29,889 bases of DNA, taken from Bdellovibrionota bacterium (GTDB lineage Bacteria; Bdellovibrionota_C; UBA2361; OMII01). The stretch is from positions 1-29,889 of the forward strand of contig JBIJBE010000042.1 in NCBI GenBank assembly GCA_044345405.1, given 5' to 3'. Within the stretch, counting starts at the first letter, position 1, and every line of letters begins with the position of its first letter. Below, in pieces: positions 15,904 to 24,751 of this stretch. A program made the translations under genes and the position numbers. A model generated the notes under the pieces. The model made no database searches. It had not been told where the DNA came from and worked only from the letters and a program-made list of their open reading frames with translations.

Positions 15904-16929
15904 ATGTCCCCCACACAAACATCCCTTCACCAATCCCACCACGACCTCACGGCGCTTCGCGCCCCCTCTCTTCACGCCACCTTACGGAGAGAGAATGTCG
16001 ACCTCGCCTACCTCCTCGGCGCGTGGACCTCGATGACGGAGATCGGTGGACAGGATTGGCTCGCCATGTCGTTCACCTCGCAAGATCCCCGACAACTCAC
16101 CTTGCTCCAAGAACGGGTGGCTTCCCTTTTTGGCGAGGCCCCCTCATTTCAACCGTTCTCAATCCATGGAATCCCCTATCTCCGATTAAATGTCCCGAGC
16201 GTCGAGCTAGCGCAGCATGTGCGAGAGATAACCTCAGGAAACACTCGAATCCCCTGGGAACATCTCGGAACCGAGGCCGAGTGCGTAAGCTTCTTACAGG
16301 GACTATTCGACCACGGTGGATGGGTGTACACCGGAAAGTCGGGAGGGATAGGTTTTAATAAGAAAGACGGAGCGGATCTCCTTGCGGATCTCTGTCGAGT
16401 GTTCGCTCGCGCCGGGATCCTCCCCATCGTGGTAGACGGAGATGTTCCGAGTCTAAAATTAAAGGACCAGGCTGAGTGGAAAGGATTCGCCGACCGGATC
16501 GAGATCTCGATGCCGGACCGACGAGAGGCGGTGCAGAAGCTTCTCTCGCGCACATCTACGCGGGCCCACTATACCGCGGAGGACTATTCAAGCGTCATGG
16601 CGTTCGCAAACAGCCCCACACTGACTAACCGAGAGATCGGAGAGGCTACCGGAATCCCCCTAAACACCGCCAGAGGATGGTTACTGTACGGTCAAAAGCC
16701 TCCGGCGGTGAAACGTGAGGAGATGATTAAGGGGATCGAGAAAACCCTTGGATCGCCTGAGGTAGTGAACGCAGTGTATCGCATCCTGGGCGCCTCTTCA
16801 CCGCTTGCTCGAGAGTGCGGGGCGCCGGACAACTTCGCCAAGGTCAGAAATATTCTCGCGAATCTTCCTGAGGCGATAGAAGATCTCTATGGCGACGACG
16901 AGCTCATAGCCTCTGCGCTCTTAAGGTAG
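15904..16929 (+). CDS. Free-standing degenerate LAGLIDADG (DOD)-like protein with C-terminal helix-turn-helix
   Basis: Two LAGLIDADG-like helices, DLAYLLGAWTS and SFLQGLFDHGGWV, with typical intervening motifs (MSFTSQD..., RIPWEHL). HTH-like segment LTNREIGEATGIPLNTARGWL. Confidence 0.7.
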   Translation: MSPTQTSLHQSHHDLTALRAPSLHATLRRENVDLAYLLGAWTSMTEIGGQDWLAMSFTSQDPRQLTLLQERVASLFGEAPSFQPFSIHGIPYLRLNVPSVELAQHVREITSGNTRIPWEHLGTEAECVSFLQGLFDHGGWVYTGKSGGIGFNKKDGADLLADLCRVFARAGILPIVVDGDVPSLKLKDQAEWKGFADRIEISMPDRREAVQKLLSRTSTRAHYTAEDYSSVMAFANSPTLTNREIGEATGIPLNTARGWLLYGQKPPAVKREEMIKGIEKTLGSPEVVNAVYRILGASSPLARECGAPDNFAKVRNILANLPEAIEDLYGDDELIASALLR

Positions 16930-16942
16930 AGTGCTCTTTAGA

Positions 16943-16959
16943 GAGACCCACGAGGTCTC
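16943..16959. terminator. Short hairpin between convergent genes, possible terminator
   Basis: GAGACC-CACGA-GGTCTC; no clear U-tract. Confidence 0.3.
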
Positions 16960-16989
16960 CTCATCATGAAGTACTGATACGAGATCGTA

Positions 16990-17388
16990 TTACTTTGGCT
17001 TGCTCGGCACACAGATTCGTCGACGGGTGACACGACACTCATCACCGACGATGAAGTCGAGAACCGCGCCCCGAACTCCATCCCAGAAACCTGACTGAGA
17101 ACCGTGAATCTGATCGACGACCTTCACGGAGGTGCAGCCTACGGCGCAATCAGGAACCTTCTTGCCGTTCAGTTTTCCGATAGCGTCTTTGCACGCCTCA
17201 CCGAGGGTCATAAAATCCTCAAGGGAGGACCATGCGTGAATTTCAGGACTATCGCACTTCACCGGCGGTGGCGGCGCGGAAGAGGACGATGATGATGATG
17301 CGGATGAGCTATTTCGTTGCGCGAAGCTATCTGAGCAGATAAAGAATGTCGCCGCGACGAGAGCGAATAGTGTGATGGATAATTTCAT
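16990..17388 (-). CDS. Small secreted Cys-rich protein
   Basis: Signal peptide MKLSITLFALVAATFFICSDSFA, a Ser/Pro linker, then about 90 aa containing six Cys. Confidence 0.7.
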   Translation of the reverse strand: MKLSITLFALVAATFFICSDSFAQRNSSSASSSSSSSAPPPPVKCDSPEIHAWSSLEDFMTLGEACKDAIGKLNGKKVPDCAVGCTSVKVVDQIHGSQSGFWDGVRGAVLDFIVGDECRVTRRRICVPSKPK

Positions 17389-17421
17389 AGCATCCCCTGT
17401 ACCTGAGCTAATCCACAGGTA

Positions 17422-17449
17422 CATTCGGCGCATGAATGCGAACGCTTGA
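17422..17449 (-). promoter_or_regulatory. Sigma-28-type promoter for the Cys-rich secreted protein
   Basis: Minus strand reads TCAAG-N15-GCCGAATG, about 33 nt upstream of the start. Confidence 0.55.
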
Positions 17450-17522
17450 GTTCATTCGAAGCGGCTCAAAAGCACATGGAGATTCAATATCTTACGAACA
17501 TCAGTTCGGCGAGCAAGGAACC

Positions 17523-18623
17523 CTAGCTAGCGACGTAGGCGGCCATCTCACCGCCCAGCTTCTCCATCGCTCGTACGATCTCAAACTGAGTACGGGCCCG
17601 CTCTAAGTTCTGCTTCGGGCGATGAATCCGGAAGTAGGTGTCCCCCTGAAGATAATCGGTCAGGAATCGAACCCCAAGGATGAGAGCGAGCACACGAGGC
17701 GAAACCGAAAGAAGGGAGCGCTCCTTCGCGGTAAGCATCTCGCCCACCTCAGAGAGGTACCCATCGCAGATCGCGCGGTAGAGGTTCATATCAACCACAA
17801 CCTTGGAGAAATCCTGTTCATCTTCAGCGCACGGTACCGCGGTATTTCGCACGAGATCGCCGAAGTCAAACAGAGGCGTTCCCGCCATCGCGGTGTCGAG
17901 ATCGAGGAGACAGACCGCGGTATCACCAGCTGAGTTAAAGAGCACGTTATTGAGCTTCATGTCGTTATGCGACACACGGAGTGGGATCTCCCTCTTTTCA
18001 AGGGCTGCTATCAACGCCCCCCCGAGCTCTCGACGAGACTGCGCGAAGTCTATCTCACTCATCGCCTCACGAGCTCTTCCCTCGCGATCCTCTTTCAATG
18101 CCTTGGCGAAGGCGTCATACCGTCGGAGCCCGTGATGAAAATAGGGAATGGTATCTTTGAGACTTTCAGCCGATGTGTTGGAGAGCGCTCGCTGGAATCT
18201 ACCAAGAATGGCGGCCGCCTCGCGAGCGACGTGGGTACTCGGACACACATCGTAGGACACGGTGTTCTCGATATAGTCAAAGCTTCGCCAAAACTCACCA
18301 CCTTCATCTTGGAGGTACGAGGCTCCTTCCTTTGTGCGAATAAGGGTGAGCGTAGTTTCTCCTGGGACAACCGGTCGCCCGTGAAGATCCTCGCGAAGGG
18401 CGTCCGTCACTATCTCAAGGTTCCCCATGAGCGCTTCGATGTCGGTGAATATTCGGTGATTCACCGATTGGTGGATATACCGCTTACGAACACCACCGAC
18501 ATCCCAGTGACCGATATAGGTTCGGTTGATGTGACCACGCTTGAGCTCCTCCACACTGTGGAGCGTGCCGTTGATGTCGAACTGAGTCAGGATGTGAATG
18601 GGGACGTTCTTTGATTGCTCCAT
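17523..18623 (-). CDS. Aminoglycoside-phosphotransferase-fold kinase, N-acetylhexosamine 1-kinase (NahK)-like
   Basis: GHINRTY, TIPYFH, RVSHNDMKLNNVLF, LLDLDTAMAG, DFGDLVR, RFLTDYLQGDTYF, NLERARTQF. Confidence 0.85.
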   Translation of the reverse strand: MEQSKNVPIHILTQFDINGTLHSVEELKRGHINRTYIGHWDVGGVRKRYIHQSVNHRIFTDIEALMGNLEIVTDALREDLHGRPVVPGETTLTLIRTKEGASYLQDEGGEFWRSFDYIENTVSYDVCPSTHVAREAAAILGRFQRALSNTSAESLKDTIPYFHHGLRRYDAFAKALKEDREGRAREAMSEIDFAQSRRELGGALIAALEKREIPLRVSHNDMKLNNVLFNSAGDTAVCLLDLDTAMAGTPLFDFGDLVRNTAVPCAEDEQDFSKVVVDMNLYRAICDGYLSEVGEMLTAKERSLLSVSPRVLALILGVRFLTDYLQGDTYFRIHRPKQNLERARTQFEIVRAMEKLGGEMAAYVAS

Positions 18624-18645
18624 ACTTCGACCTTCCTCGTTCCCT

Positions 18646-20046
18646 CTATAACGCCGGTGCCGCCTCTGCGCTACCACTCGGAGAAACTCGAGGCGGCGTT
18701 GCCGAGCCACCTTCCCCCTCCTCACTTAGGAGACCATCCACGAACTCATCCACCGCGAACGGGAGCAGGTCTCGCGCCTTCTCCCCCACGCCGACGTAGA
18801 ACACGGGGATCTTAAGCTCCTGCGAGATCGCCACGATGATACCACCCTTCGGTGTTCCGTCGAGCTTCGTCACGACGAGACCGGTAAGCGGGGTGCTCGC
18901 GTTAAACTCACGCGCCTGGGAGAGCGCGTTTTGACCACTCACACCATCAACAACGAGTATCGTTTCGTGCGGGGCATCCGACACGTGTCGACGTATCGAG
19001 TTACGAACACCCTCAAGCTCCTGCATAAGATTCGATTTGGTGTGGAGTCGCCCAGCGGTGTCGATTAGCACGACATCAGCCCCCTGCTCCTTCGCGGCGA
19101 CCATCCCATCAAACACAACCGCCGCTGGCTTGGCGTTCTCCGCTCCACTATAGACGAAGAAACTGGAACGGGTGCCCCACTCTTTGAGCTGCTGCACAGC
19201 GGCTGCTCGGAAGGTATCCGCCGCGATAGCGACAACCTTCTTGCCCTGCTCCTGATAGCGAGTCGCTAATTTAGCGACCGTCGTTGTCTTTCCAACGCCG
19301 TTCACCCCCACCACGAGGATAACGAGTGGGTTCCCGACAGGCTCATACATCCGATGCTCCGTAGGCACCGGGATAAGCTCCTTACGAACTCCGTCCTTCA
19401 GGAGCTCACGGAGAGCTGTCTCGGTCACCTCCTGATTCTGGGAGGCCCGCTCCCGTACGGTGTTCACGAGTGCATCAGCGACCCGAGCGCCGACATCGCT
19501 CGTGATCAACATCTCCTCAAGGTCATCCAAACTGGCGAGGTCGACACTTTTGCGTCCGGTGAAGAGGTTCTTCAGCTTACCGAGAAGGCTCGTGCGGCTC
19601 TTCGCCATCCCCTTCGCGATCGTCGCGGCTTCAACCTGTGGCGCTACCGCTTTCTCGACAACAGGAGCTGGCTGTGGAGCGATCTCAACTGGCGTAGGCG
19701 CAACGAGCGCCTCAGGAGCTACAACAACTTCCGGAGCCGGCGGTGTAATGACGACTGCCTCCGGGGCCGTTATCTCAGCGACGGACGATGGAGCGGCCTC
19801 TACCTTCGCTCGGGCGCGTACCTCACGTCGCAGGTCCGCTACCTCGCGCGCGAGCTTTTCGATCTCCGCGTGGAGGAGAGAGAGCTCCTTCTCCGAAGAC
19901 TCACGAGCCCCCTTACCCTTGAGGGAGAGGATCCCGACGATGCAGTAGAGAAGAACCAAGGCGATGACGAGAAGCGATATCTCTATATCCACCGCCGCTA
20001 CGACTGAATCGATAACGGCATAAACGTTTTGCATATCGTCGAACAT
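18646..20046 (-). CDS. ftsY: Signal recognition particle receptor FtsY with N-terminal transmembrane anchor
   Basis: GVNGVGKTTT, DTFRAAA, DTAGR, TKLDGTPKGG, GVGE. Confidence 0.96.
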   Translation of the reverse strand: MFDDMQNVYAVIDSVVAAVDIEISLLVIALVLLYCIVGILSLKGKGARESSEKELSLLHAEIEKLAREVADLRREVRARAKVEAAPSSVAEITAPEAVVITPPAPEVVVAPEALVAPTPVEIAPQPAPVVEKAVAPQVEAATIAKGMAKSRTSLLGKLKNLFTGRKSVDLASLDDLEEMLITSDVGARVADALVNTVRERASQNQEVTETALRELLKDGVRKELIPVPTEHRMYEPVGNPLVILVVGVNGVGKTTTVAKLATRYQEQGKKVVAIAADTFRAAAVQQLKEWGTRSSFFVYSGAENAKPAAVVFDGMVAAKEQGADVVLIDTAGRLHTKSNLMQELEGVRNSIRRHVSDAPHETILVVDGVSGQNALSQAREFNASTPLTGLVVTKLDGTPKGGIIVAISQELKIPVFYVGVGEKARDLLPFAVDEFVDGLLSEEGEGGSATPPRVSPSGSAEAAPAL

Positions 20047-20057
20047 ACACCTACCAC

Positions 20058-20091
20058 CAAAAACAACCACACCGACGAGACGTCGGTGTGG
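20058..20091 (-). terminator. Intrinsic terminator-like hairpin between smc and ftsY
   Basis: Perfect 11-bp stem CCACACCGACG/CGTCGGTGTGG with a 3-nt loop, followed on the minus strand by TTGTTTTTG. Confidence 0.65.
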
Positions 20092-20154
20092 GGTGAGACA
20101 CTCTTCGCACGTCTCTACGGTATCCGCCTCCCGATCATGCCGGGCTGCGCTTGA

Positions 20155-23100
20155 TTATCCAGCGTGCTTCTCAGCGTCTTGCAAAGAAACCGTGAGCACC
20201 TTTGAGGCGCCAGGTTGCGGCATCGTCACACCAACGAGGGTATCAGCGGCCGCCATCGACGCCTTGTTGTGCGTAATCATCAGGAACTGGGTGCGAGCAC
20301 TCATCTCCTTAATGAACGCGACGAAGCGATGCACGTTAGCCTCATCAAGCGGAGCGTCAACCTCGTCCAGTACGCAGATCGGGCTTGGACGAACCATGAA
20401 CATACTGAATACAAGCGCGATAGCGCAGAGAGCCTTCTCTCCACCGGAGAGGAGATCGATGCTCTTAGGCTTCTTACCTGGAGGGCATACAAGGATCTCC
20501 ACACCGCTCTCAAGTGGCTTCTCTGGATTCTCAAGATGGAGTTCAGCTTTTCCACCGCCGAAGAGCTTCGGTCCAAATATCGCGAAGTTCTTGCTGATCG
20601 TCTCAAACGTTTGAATGAACCGACGAGCGCACGCCTCCTGAAGCTCAACGAGTGTAACTGAGAGGGTCTCGATCGCGCGAACGAGGTCCTCACGTTGCGT
20701 CGTGAGATCCTCAAGACGCTTCGCTTCAACCTCATGTTGCTCGATAACCGTAGGATCAACCTCACCCTCTCGCTCCAACCGTTGACGCATTCCGGTCACA
20801 CGAGCATCGAGCTCACGACGGGCGTGGTCTTGAAGCAACTCAGTGCTCTCTTGGCTCTGACGGATCTCCTCAAGCGCCTCCTCACCGAAGGACTCGCGAA
20901 GCACGCTCTCGGCGCTCCCAAGCTCTCCCTTGATTCGCTCACCCGCCATGCGCTCACGAACGAGTCGATCTCGAGCCGCCTCATGGCCTTGGCGCTTGAA
21001 CTCAAGATCTCGGAGAAGCTTCGTGACGCCATCACGAACACCTCGGCGCTTCTCCTCAACCTCACGAAGGTTAGCGGTAACCTCTTTGTACGCTTCCTCT
21101 ACCTCAGAGTTATCCTGCTGCTTGAGGGTCTCAATCTCTTCGGCGAGCTCAAGAATAGCCCCTTCGAGAGCGGCCATCTGAGAGCGAGCCTCTTCAGCCT
21201 GTGGCTCAATACGTTGCACATCAGCGTCGAGCTGATTGAGCATCTTCGACTCACTCGCCAAACGGCCACGGATCTCACCCTGACGGTTTGAGAGTTCACG
21301 GAGCCGTTGCTGCGCCTGTTGAATAGAACGCACGAGCTCCGCGTGGCGTCGCTCACACTCATTGAGTCGAGCGACGATAGCGTCACGCTCAGCGACGATC
21401 GTGTCGTACGCGCCCTGATTCTCTTCGATTATCGCCGTAGCTTCATCAACCTTGTTCTTGACCTGAATGATACCACCCTCGTGACGGAGGCTGTAGAAGC
21501 TCCATGGCGAGAGAAGGTCTCCTGTCTCTGTTACAACGACGAGGTCGATTGGTGGCTCACCCGAGGCACTCTGCGCCTCAGAGAACTTAATCGCGGTATC
21601 GAGATCCTGCGCGACCCACACGTTCGAGAGAAGTCGCTCAACGAGCCCCTTGCTCCAATCGGAGGTCTTGATGAAATCGAGAATAGGCGTGACCCCTTCA
21701 ATCGGGGTAATCGCACGCTCAGTCGCGCAAGGAGGCGGCACCTGCGCGAAGAGTCCAAGCCCGATCCCCTTCTTGTTCTGAGGGTCAGCTTTAAGGACCA
21801 TCTCTTGGAAGCTTCTCGCCACCTTCGTGACGTCATCAACAACCAAGAATGAGGCGCGTTCCGCGAGTACCGCCTGCAAACACTTCGCGTACCGATCGGG
21901 AACCGTAATTCCATCAACGAGGAGTTTGAAATCTCCCGTTACCTCGGCTGGCATCTTGAACTCGCCTCCGAGCGCTCGCTTGAGCTGTGTGAGCGGAGAC
22001 GCCGCGGTAAGTTGCGCTTGTAACGCCTCACGCCGGCTCTGCGCCGAGACGAGCTTATCGCGAAGCTCACGAATCGTGCGCTCCTTGTTGCGCTGATCCT
22101 CACGAAGTTGATTAATCTCTTGGGTAAGCTGCGCGAGTTCTTCCTCACCGGAGAGATCAAGGGAGGCCAATCCCTCCTCGATCTCCATCGCTTGCGCCTC
22201 AAGGTTTGAGAGCGCGTTCTGAGAATCCTGTCGTCGAGCGAGCAAGGTGTTCTTGCGCTCCTCAAGTCGAGCGATCTCGGTTGCGCGAGCCTGCATCACG
22301 GAGTTCAACTCTCGCAAGCGAGACTCACGAGTGTTGACCTCGCGTTGACGTCGATTCAACTCATCTCGCAACTGCTCGGCCTGGGTTCGGTAGAGCTCAA
22401 CCTCAGCATCGAATCGATTGCCCTCATCTCGGGACTCTTGCTCGATACGACGAGCCTCTTCAAGGGCGCCCTGAGCGACCTGCTCCTCGTGCTCTAGCTG
22501 AGCCGCTTTGTGCGCGCTCTCCCCAACTCGCTTGAGGAGTCGGAGCAAGGTGTCGGCGAAAAGCTCACGCTCAGCGACCTTCAACTCTTCTTTGATCTCA
22601 GCGCGAGCGATGGCGCGAGCGGCCTGACGCTTCAAGCTACCGACCTGTCGAGTTACCTCTTTGATAACGTCATCAAGACGCACAACCTGCGCGTTGGTGT
22701 CATCGACTCGCTTTGATACCGCGTTCATGTGCTCACGGAAGCCAGCGATGTGCGCGGCCTCCTCGATCACGATACGACGGTCATCGGGCTTCGCGGTAAT
22801 GATACGACCGATCTCACCTTGCGCGATGATCGTGTATCCTCGCGCGGCGAGTCCTACAACGCGGAAGAACTCTTTAATATCCTTGAGGCGACACGGAACC
22901 TTGTTGAGGAAGAACTCTGACTCGCCACTTCGATAGAGACGACGAGTGACTTGCACCTCAGTTACCGATTGAAGCCATGAGTACTTCGAGAGGGACGCGC
23001 GAATGTCGGAGAGGAAGTCACCGGTCACAACCTCGCCGGCGATCTCAATCCTGGCTGGCTTCTGTGGCGCTACTTGCTCAGGAGCTTCAGCGACTACCCC

Positions 23101-23604
23101 CTCACCTTCAGCAACCTGCTCAGCACCTTCGCCGCGCTCTTCCGTGGACGAAGCTTCCTGGGCGGACTCGTCGGTGGCACCCGCAACCTCGATCTGGTCC
23201 GTATTCTCTGGAGTGCCGCTAAGCAGCGATGGAGTAGCAGACGACTCAACGGCCGCAACATTCTCTTGCGCACCAGGCTCTACAACGTTGGCGGCCTCAG
23301 TTTGCTCGTAGTAGCTCAGAAGATCTTGAAAGAGCGTTCCTTTGTCGGCGCGGATAACGAGCGACACCTCGGCGAGACCGAGGGGACGGAACGATTCGGT
23401 TCCGTTGAAGATAACGTCCTCAAGGGTATCTCCTCGAAGGGAGGACGCGCGAGTCTCTCCAAGTACCCAACGAAGGGCGTCGATGATGTTTGATTTTCCG
23501 CAGCCGTTAGGTCCAACCACGCCGGTAATTCCCGACTCAAGGGGAAGAACCAGACGCTCCATGAATGATTTGAACCCGAAGATGTCTAAACGCTCTACTC
23601 GCAT
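20155..23604 (-). CDS. smc: Chromosome segregation ATPase SMC (atypical: acidic head insert, divergent hinge)
   Basis: GFKSF, Walker A GPNGCGKSN, Q-loop IIAQG, signature LLSGGEK, Walker B/D-loop VLDEVDAPLD, ITH, and long coiled coils around a central hinge. Confidence 0.95.
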   Translation of the reverse strand: MRVERLDIFGFKSFMERLVLPLESGITGVVGPNGCGKSNIIDALRWVLGETRASSLRGDTLEDVIFNGTESFRPLGLAEVSLVIRADKGTLFQDLLSYYEQTEAANVVEPGAQENVAAVESSATPSLLSGTPENTDQIEVAGATDESAQEASSTEERGEGAEQVAEGEGVVAEAPEQVAPQKPARIEIAGEVVTGDFLSDIRASLSKYSWLQSVTEVQVTRRLYRSGESEFFLNKVPCRLKDIKEFFRVVGLAARGYTIIAQGEIGRIITAKPDDRRIVIEEAAHIAGFREHMNAVSKRVDDTNAQVVRLDDVIKEVTRQVGSLKRQAARAIARAEIKEELKVAERELFADTLLRLLKRVGESAHKAAQLEHEEQVAQGALEEARRIEQESRDEGNRFDAEVELYRTQAEQLRDELNRRQREVNTRESRLRELNSVMQARATEIARLEERKNTLLARRQDSQNALSNLEAQAMEIEEGLASLDLSGEEELAQLTQEINQLREDQRNKERTIRELRDKLVSAQSRREALQAQLTAASPLTQLKRALGGEFKMPAEVTGDFKLLVDGITVPDRYAKCLQAVLAERASFLVVDDVTKVARSFQEMVLKADPQNKKGIGLGLFAQVPPPCATERAITPIEGVTPILDFIKTSDWSKGLVERLLSNVWVAQDLDTAIKFSEAQSASGEPPIDLVVVTETGDLLSPWSFYSLRHEGGIIQVKNKVDEATAIIEENQGAYDTIVAERDAIVARLNECERRHAELVRSIQQAQQRLRELSNRQGEIRGRLASESKMLNQLDADVQRIEPQAEEARSQMAALEGAILELAEEIETLKQQDNSEVEEAYKEVTANLREVEEKRRGVRDGVTKLLRDLEFKRQGHEAARDRLVRERMAGERIKGELGSAESVLRESFGEEALEEIRQSQESTELLQDHARRELDARVTGMRQRLEREGEVDPTVIEQHEVEAKRLEDLTTQREDLVRAIETLSVTLVELQEACARRFIQTFETISKNFAIFGPKLFGGGKAELHLENPEKPLESGVEILVCPPGKKPKSIDLLSGGEKALCAIALVFSMFMVRPSPICVLDEVDAPLDEANVHRFVAFIKEMSARTQFLMITHNKASMAAADTLVGVTMPQPGASKVLTVSLQDAEKHAG

Positions 23605-23829
23605 CGCAACTGCTATCGCTCAAAACTACACATATTAAAAGGGCCGACGGTTTTTGCTAAACCGAAGCGATCCCAAATCGACTCAAAACACCTTTTGAGG
23701 GAGAGGAATCCGGACGATGCTAGGTTTAACACTCTTAAAACAAGAAAGCACTACCCAGTTTGAGGAATTGGGCGGGGGGGCTGCCTCGCCGCCTGCTCTC
23801 GTAAGGCGAATGTCCCCCGCGATGCTTGG

Positions 23830-24034
23830 CATTCCGGCGACCAGTCTGCCCGCCGTAGCCCAGCGAAGGTGGGGAATGGTCGCCCTCCCACCTTTGCTAC
23901 CCGTGACGTCGGAGGGCGCGCATTCCTGCGCGCCACATCGTTACCGTGCGGCGAGATTGATTGGGATTGCGAGGCCATTCCGGCGACCAGTCTGCCCGCC
24001 GTAGCCCGGCGAAGGTGGGGAATGGTTGCCCTCC
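23830..24034. repeat. Cluster of three REP-like palindromes of the same family as 1-410; two carry a 29-bp nested hairpin insert
   Basis: 23836-23888 and 23982-24034 read GGCGACCAG[TCTGCCCGCCGTAGCCC(A/G)GCGAAGGTGGG]GAATGGT(C/T)GCCCTCC. An inverted copy GGAGGGCGCGCATTCCTGCGCGCC lies at 23911-23934. Confidence 0.85.
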
Positions 24035-24052
24035 GGGGCACAGGGGCACCCC

Positions 24053-24751
24053 CTACTCAGTTTTCACGGGCTCTTGAGGATCCTGCGGCTCTTCTTGGAC
24101 CTCGACCTCAGACACCTCCCCGGTGCCCAACACGGTTGACCCAATCCGCTTGGTAATGTCGGCCAACGTGCCGTGGTGCGGCATAAGGATAGCGAGCGAG
24201 TAATCGACCGCTGAGAGGTAGGAGAACGCCAGAGAAACGATAAGGATATTTAAGCCGATGAACTGCGCGGTGACGCGATACCCGAAGAAGCTAAAGGAGT
24301 AGTCGTACAGAAGAAGCGCCAAGATAGCGATCATCTGCAGCGCGCTCTTCACCTTTCCACCGGACTTAGCGGCAACGATAGTCCCATCCTTCGCCGCAAA
24401 CGCTCTCAGCCCCGTTATCCAAAGCTCCCGGGCAAGGATAAGGGTCACCATCCATCCTGGAACGAACGAGACGCAGTTGTCATCCCTCAGGGAGACCAAC
24501 ATAACGAGCGCCGCCATCACGAGGATCTTATCGGCGAGAGGATCGAAGAGCTTTCCGAAATCGCTAATCGCTTTATAGCGACGGGCGATATAGCCATCGG
24601 CGTAATCGGTGAGCGCGGCCAACGCAAAGATAATAGCGGCGATATTAAGCGAATTTCGGCTAGGCTCTATCAACACGGCAACGAACACCGGGATGAGGAT
24701 CAACCGGAGAAAGGTCAGCCAGTTAGGAATTCGTTTAAACCAGTTAGCCAT
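24053..24751 (-). CDS. pgsA: CDP-diacylglycerol--glycerol-3-phosphate 3-phosphatidyltransferase
   Basis: IPNWLTFLR, TDYADGYIARR...SDFGKLFDPLADK, RELWITGLR, GKVKS. Confidence 0.93.
   Translation of the reverse strand: MANWFKRIPNWLTFLRLILIPVFVAVLIEPSRNSLNIAAIIFALAALTDYADGYIARRYKAISDFGKLFDPLADKILVMAALVMLVSLRDDNCVSFVPGWMVTLILARELWITGLRAFAAKDGTIVAAKSGGKVKSALQMIAILALLLYDYSFSFFGYRVTAQFIGLNILIVSLAFSYLSAVDYSLAILMPHHGTLADITKRIGSTVLGTGEVSEVEVQEEPQDPQEPVKTE

Noticed and set aside
15904-16929. Intein or active homing endonuclease
   Set aside because: No N-terminal Cys/Ser splicing block or C-terminal His-Asn, no host gene, and both catalytic acidic residues are missing.
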